A program made the translations under genes and the position numbers. Positions 46,395-56,538 of a stretch of DNA of 64,000 nt are shown here, piece after piece. Each line of letters opens with the position of its first letter. The first letter of the stretch is position 1. Source of the DNA: a virus. Under the pieces are notes generated by a model, which worked only from the letters and a program-made list of their open reading frames with translations, ran no database searches and was not told the origin of the DNA. Where the stretch lies: IMG/VR virus record IMGVR_UViG_3300033233_000009, positions 32,001 to 96,000 of that record; one strand, written 5' to 3'.

Positions 46395-46829
46395 ATGGAC
46401 ACGAGTGAACCTCAGCACCTCCTCTGGGTCCGCCTGCGGCCCGAGCAGGGGAACTGCGACCAGTTGCCCGAGTGGCTCGACCCGAAGGTCGGCTGCCCCG
46501 AGTGCGGGAGCGCCTGGACGGACGTGCGCGCGGTGGCGTGTGCCGCCACCTGCATGCACGGGCAGTTCGAGGAGGAGCACTGGTTCATCCGGCAGATCGG
46601 TACTCCCGAGCCGATCCTCGCGGTGCGCCTCTGCTGCTTCAACGGCCACTTCGTCGAGTACGACGGCACCAGGCTGAAGGTGATCCCCCCGACGCCCCAC
46701 TGGGCGCTCCTCGCTGCGGCCACCTACATGATCGGCGCGTTCGCGTTCCGGAGCGCGATGACGGCGCGCGGGCCGATCGTGGAGCACCTTCGGGTGAGCA
46801 GCGGCAACACCGGAGACCCCAACCCATGA
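46395..46829 (+). CDS. Cys-rich hypothetical protein
   Basis: CPEC motif; overlaps the next start. Confidence 0.5.
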   Translation: MDTSEPQHLLWVRLRPEQGNCDQLPEWLDPKVGCPECGSAWTDVRAVACAATCMHGQFEEEHWFIRQIGTPEPILAVRLCCFNGHFVEYDGTRLKVIPPTPHWALLAAATYMIGAFAFRSAMTARGPIVEHLRVSSGNTGDPNP

Positions 46830-47683
46830 GAATCGTCGAATCCATCGCCTTTTCGGACCGCGGATTGCTGGAGCGCGCGTTCGAGCAGCGCTGCAAGACC
46901 GTCTACCTCGGCAACCACGTCGCGCTGACGCGCGTGCTCGGCGACCTGCTGCTGTACGTGGACACGCGCGACCTGATCCTGGCGCCCCACCTGCTGATGA
47001 ACGGCTGCTGGGAGTTCTGGGTCACGCAGGCCATCGCACGGCACCTGCAACCCGGCATGGTCTGCGCCGACGTGGGCGCGAACGTCGGCTACTACACGCT
47101 GCTGATGGCGGCGCGCGTCGGCGCGGCGGGGCGCGTGCACGCCTTCGACATCCTGCCCGCCCACTGCCGCCTGGTCACGCGCAGCGCGGAGATCAACGGG
47201 TTCCGCGGCACGGTCACCGTGCACCAGTGCGCGGTGGCGGAGCGGGATGGCGAGGCGCGCATCCTCGTGCCGCAGTCGGGGGATACGTTCGCTCACCTGG
47301 GGAACGCGGCCATGGCCGACGTGAACACGCGGTCGCCGCCGGGCGAGATGATGCAGCCGGGGGTCGTGGCGTCCCGCAAGCTCGACTCGGTGGACTTCTG
47401 GCCCGCCGGTGCGCCGCTTGCCGACCGCAGGCTCGACTTCATCAAGGTGGACGTGGAAGGCGCGGAGCCGCTCGTGTGGGAGGGCTCGCTCGCGGTGCGC
47501 GACACGTACCGCCCGGTCATCTGCATGGAGTACGAGGGCTGGCGCCAGGGCTACCCGGAGTTCCTCACGCGGGTGAGGGAGCACGGCTACCGCGTGCGCT
47601 ACATCGAGTACGACAGCAGCCTCGTCGAGCTGCCGAAGGAGCCGGCCCCGGAGCGGCTCTACATGCTGTGGGTGACCAAGTGA
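46826..47683 (+). CDS. FkbM-family SAM-dependent methyltransferase
   Basis: ADVGANVGYY, GRVHAF, LDFIKVDVEGAE. Confidence 0.9.
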   Translation: MRIVESIAFSDRGLLERAFEQRCKTVYLGNHVALTRVLGDLLLYVDTRDLILAPHLLMNGCWEFWVTQAIARHLQPGMVCADVGANVGYYTLLMAARVGAAGRVHAFDILPAHCRLVTRSAEINGFRGTVTVHQCAVAERDGEARILVPQSGDTFAHLGNAAMADVNTRSPPGEMMQPGVVASRKLDSVDFWPAGAPLADRRLDFIKVDVEGAEPLVWEGSLAVRDTYRPVICMEYEGWRQGYPEFLTRVREHGYRVRYIEYDSSLVELPKEPAPERLYMLWVTK

Positions 47684-47910
47684 CGGGTCGGGGCAAGGGC
47701 CCGACGGCACGGGTCAAGATCACGTTCGCGACCATCGCGGAGACGCGCGACCGGATTGCCGCCGCGGCGAAGCAGGCCGGGACGGACGTGGAGAGCGTGA
47801 TCGCCGAGGCGCTCTACGTGCACCTGCACCGGCTGGAGACGAGCGGCAAGCGGGCGTACCCGGACGCGACGGACAAGCTGGCACGGCGCGTGCAGCGAAG
47901 GAAGCCATGA
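47680..47910 (+). CDS. Small RHH-like protein
   Basis: VKITF..ETRDRIAAAAKQ..VESVIAEAL. Confidence 0.4.
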   Translation: MTGRGKGPTARVKITFATIAETRDRIAAAAKQAGTDVESVIAEALYVHLHRLETSGKRAYPDATDKLARRVQRRKP

Positions 47911-48848
47911 CAACCTTTACCCTGAACATCGTTTCTCTGTGCGTGGTGCTCGCCGGCTGTGGCGGCGACTCGTTTGGCGGCGCTGCTGCCAGTGACGGCG
48001 GCGTGGGCGAGGCGGACGGCGCCCGTGTCACGGCGGACGCGGTCGGTGCGGGCGGCGGGACGCAGGCCCGCGAGGGCGGTGCCGGGGGGCCGGGGGCGGG
48101 CGGACACGCCGGTACCGGTACGGGGGGCGAGGCAGCGGACGGCGGCACGGTCACCCCGGGAGCAGGCGGGGCGACAACGGAGGGCGGCTTCGGTACGGGC
48201 GGAGCGGCGCCGGGGGCCGGCGGGACCGTCCCGGGTGCGGGTGGGATGACGGCCGAGGACGGCCCCGGGGCAGGCGGAGCGGCGCCGGGAGCCGGCGGAG
48301 CCAGCCAGGGCGCAGGCGGAGCGGCGCCGGAGGCCGGCCCCGGCTGCAAGCCCCCGGTGGTGGACGAGACGAACCTGCCGCCCACGGTGGTCTGGGAGTC
48401 GTACCTCACGAAATACGGGACGTACTGCCTGACGTGCCAGCACAGCCCGTGCACGATCTGCCCGCTCACGTGGTGGCCGGTCACGCAGAGTGCGGACGGG
48501 CTGACCGTCACGGCGACGATCAACAAGGGCGTCTGCGACCCCCTGCCGCTGAACATGGGCCTCTGCACCAGCGACCTGACTGCTGGAAGCTGTACGACGC
48601 TGAATCCCAGCGTCGAGGCGACGTTTGTGCTCCGCCTGGAGCCGAAGCCGGACGGTACGGGCTACCGCGTGGCGGACGCCAGCGGCGAGCAGGCCCGCGT
48701 CACCCGTCTGTACGGTTCGTGTACCGGGGGCACCATCCAGGGCGCCACGACGTTCGACAACGCCTGGGCGGCCTACCCCGCCGATCGGAGTCTGCTCGCG
48801 GCGACGCGTGCCACGATGCTGGCAGCCGAGTGGCCCTGTGGGCGATAG
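47907..48848 (+). CDS. Lipoprotein with Gly-rich linker and Cys-rich domain
   Basis: Lipobox LAGC; GAGG repeats; multi-Cys C-terminal domain. Confidence 0.75.
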   Translation: MTTFTLNIVSLCVVLAGCGGDSFGGAAASDGGVGEADGARVTADAVGAGGGTQAREGGAGGPGAGGHAGTGTGGEAADGGTVTPGAGGATTEGGFGTGGAAPGAGGTVPGAGGMTAEDGPGAGGAAPGAGGASQGAGGAAPEAGPGCKPPVVDETNLPPTVVWESYLTKYGTYCLTCQHSPCTICPLTWWPVTQSADGLTVTATINKGVCDPLPLNMGLCTSDLTAGSCTTLNPSVEATFVLRLEPKPDGTGYRVADASGEQARVTRLYGSCTGGTIQGATTFDNAWAAYPADRSLLAATRATMLAAEWPCGR

Positions 48849-48887
48849 GGCACGATTTCTGCTGTCCTGGGCCTGACCGCCGTTTTC

Positions 48888-48917
48888 TTGACGGCACGGC
48901 TCGGCGAGCGATAGCCT
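48888..48917 (+). promoter_or_regulatory. Promoter TTGACG-N18-TAGCCT (leaderless)
   Basis: ATG 48924 lies 6 nt downstream. Confidence 0.55.
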
Positions 48918-48923
48918 CCCCAC

Positions 48924-49358
48924 ATGGCGTTCGTTCTCGGTGACGTGGTGTCCATGACCCTGTTCGCGCAGGAGAACCTGTCCGGGCTGCTCGGACCGCT
49001 CGTGCAGGCGCAGCCCCCGAAGTTCGGCATCGTGCAGGCCCTCGGCATGGGGGCCACGGTGGACGTGCTGTGGGAGGACGGTCGCGTCGTGACCGCGGTG
49101 CCCAACACCGCGCTCGACAAGATCGGCGCTCCCGACTCGGGCGTCGTCGCGAGCTTCCAGGGCTTCGTGCTCAAGACCGACCCCGGCGTCGCGGCGCAGG
49201 CGGAGAGCCCGGAGTACCAGGGCGTGGATGTCACGTTCTACACGCGCGACAACGCCGCTGCCGGTACGCCGACCGACACGCTGTGCCTCATGCTGACGAA
49301 CGCCGGGCTCTACCGCGAGCTGCTGGCCTCGACGCTGAAGGTGGTCGGAGGACGGTGA
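48924..49358 (+). CDS. Paralog of 21468-21878
   Basis: Shared MAF..GD.VS and W.DGR motifs. Confidence 0.65.
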   Translation: MAFVLGDVVSMTLFAQENLSGLLGPLVQAQPPKFGIVQALGMGATVDVLWEDGRVVTAVPNTALDKIGAPDSGVVASFQGFVLKTDPGVAAQAESPEYQGVDVTFYTRDNAAAGTPTDTLCLMLTNAGLYRELLASTLKVVGGR

Positions 49359-49753
49359 GCGAGGCGGTCGCCAGCGCGCAGCCGGACCCGAGCGCGCTCC
49401 GCGCTCCGCTTGCCGCGTGTCTGGCCGGGCTGCGGGCGGCAATCGAGCACGCCCGCGCCGCCGCCGATGCGTGGAGCGCCGGGGGCGACCCGCACGGGCC
49501 GCTGGACGCTGCGGACGGTGCCGTGCGCCGTGCCCGTGCGCAGACGGTGGCGCTGCGCTCGGTGCTCCCGGGCCACTCGCGCCGGGTGCGCCTGGCCGAC
49601 CGGGCAGTGGAGCGCGCGGGCGAGCTGGTTGCCGTCGTCCGCGGGCTGCCACCGGCGGACTCGACCGATGTCGAGGAGACCCTCCTGATCGTGGTCGAGC
49701 GCGCCTTCGGTGCAGCCGAGAGGGCGGTACGGGCGGCGGACGGCGGCGCCTGA
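49355..49753 (+). CDS. Ala-rich hypothetical protein
   Basis: GGAGG RBS, GTGA overlap. Confidence 0.45.
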   Translation: MSEAVASAQPDPSALRAPLAACLAGLRAAIEHARAAADAWSAGGDPHGPLDAADGAVRRARAQTVALRSVLPGHSRRVRLADRAVERAGELVAVVRGLPPADSTDVEETLLIVVERAFGAAERAVRAADGGA

Positions 49754-50210
49754 TCGCCGTGTCACGGGTGACGCAGCGTTGCGTCACTGCTGCCACTGGC
49801 AGCACCCTGGCACGGGACCGGACCTGCCGCACCGACGGCGAGGCCATCTGGTCCTACGCCCTCCTGATCGCCGTGCGGGCCGGCTCCATCGTCTACGTGC
49901 TCGACCTGGCCGAGTCGCCCAGCCGACGCCCTGCCCCGTAGCGGTGTCTCCCTGGCCGGCATGTGGCAGGCGGGCCACGGGGACGAGGACGACGACCGCG
50001 GCTTCCCCGTCCGCGGCGACCGGGAGGACTTCCACGCGGACGGGTGAGGCGTCACACGTGACGCTACGTGACGGCCGGGTTACGCCCGGCCGTTCGCGTT
50101 TTGTGGGCTTCGGGGCTTGATCTTGCGCGCTGCCGGTGGCAGCATGGGCTGGCACGACGGGTGCAAGGCAGGTAGGCATGACCAGTAAGCCGGCCACCAG
50201 GAGAGACCAG

Positions 50211-51071
50211 ATGACCACCGCCACGACGACCCCGATCCAGGACGCTCTCGCTCTGCTCCCCGAGTCCGCCGACGACTGCCCGTGTGTGGAGGCAGCCCTG
50301 GCCGCCTACGAGGCCGCGGCCCCGGGCTCACCGGAGGAGACCGGTGCGGACCTCGCCCATGATGCGCTCCGCGCGGAGGTGCAGGCCGGCCTCGACGCCT
50401 GGCGCGCCTATGGCATCGACCTACTCACCGGCTCGGACGAGCCCCGTGAGTGGCAGCTCGACGAGGACGAGGGCCGCGGGTATGACACCTGCGTCGCCTC
50501 CTCAGCCGCCGAGGCGCTCGCCGTCGCCCGCGGCAACGTTGACCGCGACAACTACACGACGGACCCGGACGCCGGCACCATCTACGTCGATTACGGCGTC
50601 CGCTGCGTGCTCACCGGCGAGCACGACGAGGACGGAGCCACGCTCGCCCCGGAGGAGCCCTACTGCGACTCTGAGGCGGGCTCCCACGAGTGGGTGACGC
50701 CCGTCTGGCTCGTCGGTGGCATCGGCGAGAACCCCGGATGCTGGGGCCACGGTGGGGGCGTCATCTGCGCCGAGGTCTGCCGGCACTGCGGGTGTCGGCG
50801 GACGACCGACACATGGGCTCAGCGCCGCGACACCGGGGAGCAGGGCCTCACCGAGGTGAGCTACGACGCGGATCACTACCTCGATTCCATCGCCGAGCAC
50901 GCCGAGCGCATCGCCACGCGGCTCCGCCGGGACATCGGCGAGGACACGTTCGCCTCGCCCGAGGCTCTCCGGGAGTACGTGGAATCCTGCTCCACGCGAG
51001 CGACGGAGATGCCCGTGCTCTGCGCCCAGGTGGTCGGGCTCCTCGCCGATCTGATCTCGGAGGCAGCGTGA
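50211..51071 (+). CDS. Acidic Cys-containing hypothetical protein
   Basis: AGGAG RBS; protein-like composition. Confidence 0.65.
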   Translation: MTTATTTPIQDALALLPESADDCPCVEAALAAYEAAAPGSPEETGADLAHDALRAEVQAGLDAWRAYGIDLLTGSDEPREWQLDEDEGRGYDTCVASSAAEALAVARGNVDRDNYTTDPDAGTIYVDYGVRCVLTGEHDEDGATLAPEEPYCDSEAGSHEWVTPVWLVGGIGENPGCWGHGGGVICAEVCRHCGCRRTTDTWAQRRDTGEQGLTEVSYDADHYLDSIAEHAERIATRLRRDIGEDTFASPEALREYVESCSTRATEMPVLCAQVVGLLADLISEAA

Positions 51072-51140
51072 TCCGCCTCGCCTCCCTCACCCCCGACGCC
51101 GTGGCTCGCGAGGTGGAGCTGACGGTGAGCGGCGGCGAGG

Positions 51141-51395
51141 TCACTGGCGGAGTTCATCGCGACGCTGACCGGGCTCGCCGTGCCGGCCCTCGGGGACCTG
51201 GCACGCGGCGCCGTGGTCGGAGCGATCACGATCACGGACTGTGTGCAGAAGTCCGAGTCTCGGTGGTTCTTCGGGCCGTACGGATTCGCGCTGGCGAACC
51301 CCGTGGCGTTGTCCACCTCGGTCCCGTGTCCGGGCAGGCTCGGGTTCTTCGATGTGCCAGCGGACGTGGCCGAGCAACTGCGGAGGGCAGCGTGA
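51141..51395 (+). pseudogene. C-terminal half of an ASCH-domain protein
   Basis: RGAVVGAITITDCV..SRWFFGPYGFALANP..PCPGRLGFFDV; N-terminal half missing. Confidence 0.6.
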
Positions 51396-51433
51396 ACGGT
51401 GTCAGAGACGCCATTGTGGCTCGTCCCACTGGT

Positions 51434-51694
51434 ATGCAGCCAATGCAGTCAACCGCCTACCGCATCGTACGACTCTTTCGCGGGCACGTCAGGCCGGACG
51501 GCTGGGGCGGCCCCTACGGCGAAACCGTGCGCGACGACGTGTCTCTCGCGGAGGCGCAGGCGCACTGCTCCGGCCCGGAATCGAGCAGCGAGACGTGCAC
51601 GAGCGCGGCCGGCAAGCGGCTGACACAAGAGCGTGGGCCCTGGTTCGACTCGTACCTGGGGCCCGAGGACGAGGACGACTCGTTTCTGGACTGA
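51434..51694 (+). CDS. Hypothetical phage protein
   Basis: YRIVR..SLAEAQAHC..E.SS..WFD.Y. Confidence 0.55.
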   Translation: MQPMQSTAYRIVRLFRGHVRPDGWGGPYGETVRDDVSLAEAQAHCSGPESSSETCTSAAGKRLTQERGPWFDSYLGPEDEDDSFLD

Positions 51695-51708
51695 GAGGCA
51701 GCAACCGC

Positions 51709-51930
51709 ATGGACAAGGACCGAACCGAGTACGTGGTGGTCTGCCGCGGCGACGCCGATCCGGGCTCGCCCTACGTCTACGGCGCGTACGAGCTTGCGAC
51801 GCGCACGGTGTTTCCGACGCGCGAGGCGGCGCTGGCGTACAGCGTCGGGATCGCGGCGGAGCGTGCGCCACTGGTCGTCGCCGGGCGCTGGAGTGGTCTG
51901 CGCCGGGATGCGGCGGAGCGCTTTCCGTGA
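51709..51930 (+). CDS. Hypothetical protein
   Basis: GAGG RBS; coupled to the next gene. Confidence 0.5.
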   Translation: MDKDRTEYVVVCRGDADPGSPYVYGAYELATRTVFPTREAALAYSVGIAAERAPLVVAGRWSGLRRDAAERFP

Positions 51931-52229
51931 GCGTCACCGGTTGGAAGCGGCGCCTGGCGAAGCGTGGGCTGGCGCTGAGCCTGCGGCCCGGCAACCGCGA
52001 CTGCTGGATCGCCTACGTGACGGCGCCGGACGCGCCCGTGGACCAGCGCTTCTCGCCGCTCGTCGGGGTCGGCTGGGCAGATAGCTACGACGAAGCGATC
52101 GACGCGGCGGTCCGCGCCTTCGATGCGAAGCGTGAGGACCAGCAGCATGAGCGGGTGGTGCTCGCCCTGGCCGAGCCGGAGACGGCGCGAGCTAGGAGGA
52201 ACAGAGCCAATGCCGGGCAGCCCGCGTAA
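51927..52229 (+). CDS. Hypothetical protein
   Basis: GTGA overlap. Confidence 0.45.
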   Translation: MSVTGWKRRLAKRGLALSLRPGNRDCWIAYVTAPDAPVDQRFSPLVGVGWADSYDEAIDAAVRAFDAKREDQQHERVVLALAEPETARARRNRANAGQPA

Positions 52230-52482
52230 GCGCTCCTCTCGCGTCCTGAAGCCTGGGTCTGGTGACACTCCCGCGGCCGTCCGTCGCGCGGGCTGGTGCT
52301 ACGAGTGCAAGGAGGCCCTGGCGGATTGCGTGTGCGGGCTGGACGAGCCGGTGGACTTCCAGACACGTCGAGCGGCGTGGTGCGTGCAGGATGACGGCAA
52401 CGACGACTGAATACTGGCAGCGTTGCTGCCGTCGGACCCGATACGTTGACGACGCCGCGGGCGTCCGGTAGGTGAAATCCTC

Positions 52483-53010
52483 ATGGCCAAGACGCAGACC
52501 GAGAGCGCACTCACCCTCCTCGAAATGGCCGCCTCGGAGGTCGAGTCGCTCCAGGGGGAAATGACCGACTGGCAGGGCAACATGGAGGGGGCCAACATGG
52601 ACCACCTGCCGAAGTACGAGCAGGTGACCGAGTGCGTGGACGCGCTGGAGAATGCCGACGTGCGCTCGCGGGTGGACGAGCTGGCGACGCTCGTCGAGAT
52701 GGCGGGGTCGCTCGGCGACCTCGGAGCGGTCATGGCGACCTACGTGCAGAGCACGGCGAAGCGCAAGACCCGGGCCGATCGGCTGGGCGAAGCGCAGGGC
52801 TGGCTGGAGCAGGCGCTGGCCGCGCTCGACGACCGTCTGCAAGACCTGAAGGACCAGGACGACCTGCGGGTGAAGGCCGACGAGGAAGCCAACCCCGAGA
52901 CCGAAGCGGAGCCGGACCCGCGCATCGAGGAGGTGCAGGCCGCCCTGTCCGACCTGCGCGACGCGATGGACTCGCTGTCGGACGTGTCGTTCCCCGGCAT
53001 GTACGGATGA
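52483..53010 (+). CDS. Acidic helical hypothetical protein
   Basis: Upstream TTGACG-N17-TAGGTG at 52446. Confidence 0.65.
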   Translation: MAKTQTESALTLLEMAASEVESLQGEMTDWQGNMEGANMDHLPKYEQVTECVDALENADVRSRVDELATLVEMAGSLGDLGAVMATYVQSTAKRKTRADRLGEAQGWLEQALAALDDRLQDLKDQDDLRVKADEEANPETEAEPDPRIEEVQAALSDLRDAMDSLSDVSFPGMYG

Positions 53011-53065
53011 GCGCCGCTGGCGTTGACAGCACTGCTGCCGCCTGATAGGACAGGGAGGTAAACCG

Positions 53066-53404
53066 ATGCCCACGCAGATGGACCTGAAATGGGAGAGCCC
53101 GCGGGCTGCAATCCGGGCGCGCGACCGCGCCATCGATCAAGTCGAGCGCGGCTCGGGTGAGTGGCAGGTGGAGGCGCTCACGGCGATCCGCCAGGTGGCG
53201 CGCACGCAGCCGGAGCTGACAACGGATGACGTGTGGCGGGCGCTCGGGCGGGACCCCGATGTCGAGGGCCGAGCGATGGGCGCTGCCATGCGCCAGGCAG
53301 CGAAGCTGGGGCTCATCGAGCGCACGGACCGGACGACCAAGAGCGCGCGCGTCGCGTGTCACCGGCGCGACCTGCGCGTCTGGGTATCGAGACTCGGCCG
53401 ATGA
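53066..53404 (+). CDS. Winged-helix-like phage protein
   Basis: LTTDDVW..RAMGAAMRQAAKLGLI; promoter TTGACA at 53023; GGAGG RBS. Confidence 0.6.
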   Translation: MPTQMDLKWESPRAAIRARDRAIDQVERGSGEWQVEALTAIRQVARTQPELTTDDVWRALGRDPDVEGRAMGAAMRQAAKLGLIERTDRTTKSARVACHRRDLRVWVSRLGR

Positions 53405-53952
53405 CGCGCCTGCGCAAGGCGGAGCCGGTGCGCCACGAGCGCTCGGTGGCCTTCGTGACCCGCTCCCGCCGTGCGGCGGAGTGGTCGGGAGTCGAGCGGG
53501 GGAGCCTGGTGCCCGAGTCGATGGACGACTGGAACGCCTTGCGGAAGGCGGCGGAGGCGCCGTGACGCGCCTGCGCTGCTGGAAGCACGCGCGGCGCGTG
53601 GCGGTCGCCTGCGGAACTACCACACGCCGCGGGTACTGCCGCCACTGCTGGCCGGAGCGCGCGGAGTGTCCGGCGGACACGCTCCACGTCCTGCTGGCCA
53701 TCCACTGGCCCCGCACCCCCCGCGACGCCACCCTGGCGCTCGCCATGTGACCGGCATGGTACGCTCGGAAGCGTCACGTTACGCCTGCCCGCCTTCCGCC
53801 CTGGCGGCACGCCAGCCAGGGGCGGCACCGCCGCCAGGCAGGCCAGGGGCGCCAGGGTAGCCAAATCCGCCGGTTCCATCGGTTCCGCCAGGGGCGGAAG
53901 GGGCTGCATTGGCAGCGCGCGGGCTGGCACGGAGGGTGCAGGGTAGGTTGGC

Positions 53953-54576
53953 ATGTCCAAGACGATCCACTCCATCACGCTCGGAACCGAAACCTTCACC
54001 CGCGAGTCCGCCTCGCGGAAGTACGGGGCCTGCCTCGTGGCGACCATCACAGAGGAGAGCCAGCGCGTCGAGAACGCGCGGGCGGCACGGACGGCGGAGC
54101 AGGCGACGAAGCTGGAGGCCGAACTGGCCGCCATGCTCGCGGAGCGGGGGACGACGCTGGAGAAGGCGCAGGCGGAGTATGACGCGCGGCACGTCGCGTC
54201 TGACGCGACGCACGAGAAGGTGCTCGACTACATCGGCGCGCATCGCGAGGATGATGGCATGTACCAGGCGCCGCAGTACCTCGCGCTTCGGGCAACGCAC
54301 CGCGCGGCGCACGACTTCACGTTCGCCAAGAGCGGCCCCTTCGGCGTGCTCGAACTGGCCGAGCAGGCGAAGCGGGAGCGCGCTGCATCGGTGGCCCACT
54401 GCCTCCCGATCGGCGGGCAGGGGGTCGTTTCCTGGCACCACACGGTCGCCCTGGCCGAGAAGGCGGCGGCTCACGAGGCGGCCGTGAACGCCCGCTGCGC
54501 GCGGTACAGGGCCTTCTCCGTCCGCACGGACTTCACGACCCGCGAGCGCGCCGTCCGCAAGGCGAAGGTCGCGTGA
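53953..54576 (+). CDS. Hypothetical protein
   Basis: First ORF after an intergenic region. Confidence 0.6.
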   Translation: MSKTIHSITLGTETFTRESASRKYGACLVATITEESQRVENARAARTAEQATKLEAELAAMLAERGTTLEKAQAEYDARHVASDATHEKVLDYIGAHREDDGMYQAPQYLALRATHRAAHDFTFAKSGPFGVLELAEQAKRERAASVAHCLPIGGQGVVSWHHTVALAEKAAAHEAAVNARCARYRAFSVRTDFTTRERAVRKAKVA

Positions 54577-54835
54577 CCGGCACGGCGCGTGCAACGGAGG
54601 AAGCCATGAAGAACAAGAACGCTGGAATCCCGAAGTCTGCGCCGGAGACGACCCGTGAGGCGTACGGCCGCATCCTGGAACTAGCGGAGGCGGTCGGCGC
54701 GCTCCGCGTGGCGGGAGCGAGCGAACTGCACTCGCTCCGGCTGCCGCCGGAGGCGGTCCGCGCCCTGGGCGAGGCGCACCAGGCGCTTCTGGCGGCGCAC
54801 AGGGCGGTCGAGGCAGCGGTGCTCGGGGGTGCGTC

Positions 54836-55291
54836 GTGAGTGCTGTGGCCCTGGGCGTGAGTCCCGCGGGCGTCGAGTGGGTCGTGTACCCGCGCGGCGG
54901 AGAGACGCCGGAGCGGTTCGCCTGGCGCGTCCAGCGGGGCCAGGAGCGGCTCGCGGCGCTCGCGGCACGGCTGGCCGCCAGAGCGGAGCCGGAGGCCCCG
55001 TCGGCCGATCTGGCGCGGCTGCGCGCCCGTCACGCGGCAGCCCGGCGCGAGGTGTTCCGCCTGCTCGGACAGGACCGGGCAGCGCGGGCACGGGGGCGCT
55101 ACGCGCGGGCCTGGGATCGCCCGGAGTACGTCGCAGCGTACGAGCGGCTGCAAGCGTCCCGGAAGGGCGACCGCTACGGCGAGGTGGTCAAGGTCGAGCC
55201 TGAGCGCGTGCGCGTCCGCCTCGACAAGTCGGGCAAGTCGTTCTGGTTCCGGCGCGAGGACGTGCTGCACCCGGGGAATCGAGCGCCATGA
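54836..55291 (+). CDS. Hypothetical protein with SH3/KOW-like C-terminus
   Basis: GEVVKVEPERVRVRLD. Confidence 0.45.
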   Translation: MSAVALGVSPAGVEWVVYPRGGETPERFAWRVQRGQERLAALAARLAARAEPEAPSADLARLRARHAAARREVFRLLGQDRAARARGRYARAWDRPEYVAAYERLQASRKGDRYGEVVKVEPERVRVRLDKSGKSFWFRREDVLHPGNRAP

Positions 55292-55611
55292 GCCTGCCAG
55301 AAGTGATCCGGGGACCGTGCGCGCCTGAGCCGGATGGCGGCTGGCGCCAGCAGGTACTCGTGGACGGCCTGAGGTTCGATCTGGCGCTCACGCGCGAAGG
55401 GACGTACCGGCAGCCCTGCCTGGAGTACGGCAAGGCGGCGCAGAAGGGCGTGCGCTACCGCGCCGCGGATCGCTGGCAGGGCGTGGTCCGAAACGCAGGG
55501 GGCAGCGTGGTCTGGACCGGGATGGTATCCAGAAGCTGCGGACCGGCCCGGCTCCTTTGGCGGGCAGGCATCGTCCCGGCGGGGTACACAGTGCCCGGGG
55601 CAGTGCCATGA
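55288..55611 (+). CDS. Hypothetical protein
   Basis: Coupled junctions. Confidence 0.45.
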   Translation: MSLPEVIRGPCAPEPDGGWRQQVLVDGLRFDLALTREGTYRQPCLEYGKAAQKGVRYRAADRWQGVVRNAGGSVVWTGMVSRSCGPARLLWRAGIVPAGYTVPGAVP

Positions 55612-56021
55612 GCAAGACAGACGCCGAGTGGCGGAACTGGCTCACGGAGCGGAAGCTGCCGCCTGCCCCCGAAGGCGTGGTCACCAACGTGCGTTGGATT
55701 GCTCGGCATGACGACTGGTACGTCCGCGTTGGTGCCCCAGTGGTACTGGCTCGACCCGCGCGGCGCTCAGTGGAAGCGAACTTCGTTCGAGCCATGATGG
55801 AACCCATGAGCCGCTACCTGAACGTGATCAGCACTGGGCCGCTGATGATCTTGCGCCTGCCGGAGCCAGAGCCGTCGTGGAGGCAGGTGCTCAAGGCGTT
55901 CGCCCCGGTCAAGCGCGGGCACAAGCTGCGCTGGAAGGACGTGTTCGCGTTGGAGCAGCCGCACGCTGACATGGCGGACCGGCTGGACGGCGTTTTCGTG
56001 CTCGTCCGGGGAGCTACGTGA
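55608..56021 (+). CDS. Hypothetical protein
   Basis: Coupled junctions. Confidence 0.45.
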   Translation: MSKTDAEWRNWLTERKLPPAPEGVVTNVRWIARHDDWYVRVGAPVVLARPARRSVEANFVRAMMEPMSRYLNVISTGPLMILRLPEPEPSWRQVLKAFAPVKRGHKLRWKDVFALEQPHADMADRLDGVFVLVRGAT

Positions 56022-56232
56022 CCGACCCGACCCTCACCGCGAGCGACGTGCGCGCCCTGCGCGGGCTGCACCAGCGTGGCGGCGGCCCGCTATCTCCGGG
56101 GCGCTCGGCGCGCCTGATCGGCCTTGGGCTCGCGGAGCCGCACCCGAGCGACCCGGAGCGGCGCTACCGGCTGACGGGCAAGGCGCGCGTGCTGCTCCAC
56201 AACCGGGGCAAGCTGCCCGGCGCGACGGGGAT

Positions 56233-56538
56233 GTGACCGGGACGCGGCGCGAGCCGAGCGAGCGCCAGCGCGCGCTGTGGGCGCTGGCCGGCTACGTCGT
56301 CCCGAGGGTCGGCGACGAGGGTCGGTGGGGGCCCTCGACCGGCAACGCCTTCCGCGTCCGCGTGTCGCGCGTTTCTGGCGACGGCATGGCGATCTGGGTG
56401 CGCTTCCTCTGGACGGCGACGTATGGGCCCGGCTTCGGCCCCGAGCGCAAGTTCGGCCGGCAGGCAAACGGCCTCTACTGGGGCCGACAGGACGATCTGT
56501 ACGATCCAGCCAGGGCGCTCCCGTTGCACTTCCGGTGA
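56233..56538 (+). CDS. Hypothetical protein whose 5' end is duplicated immediately downstream
   Basis: 56257-56321 recurs imperfectly at 56553-56628. Confidence 0.5.
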   Translation: MTGTRREPSERQRALWALAGYVVPRVGDEGRWGPSTGNAFRVRVSRVSGDGMAIWVRFLWTATYGPGFGPERKFGRQANGLYWGRQDDLYDPARALPLHFR

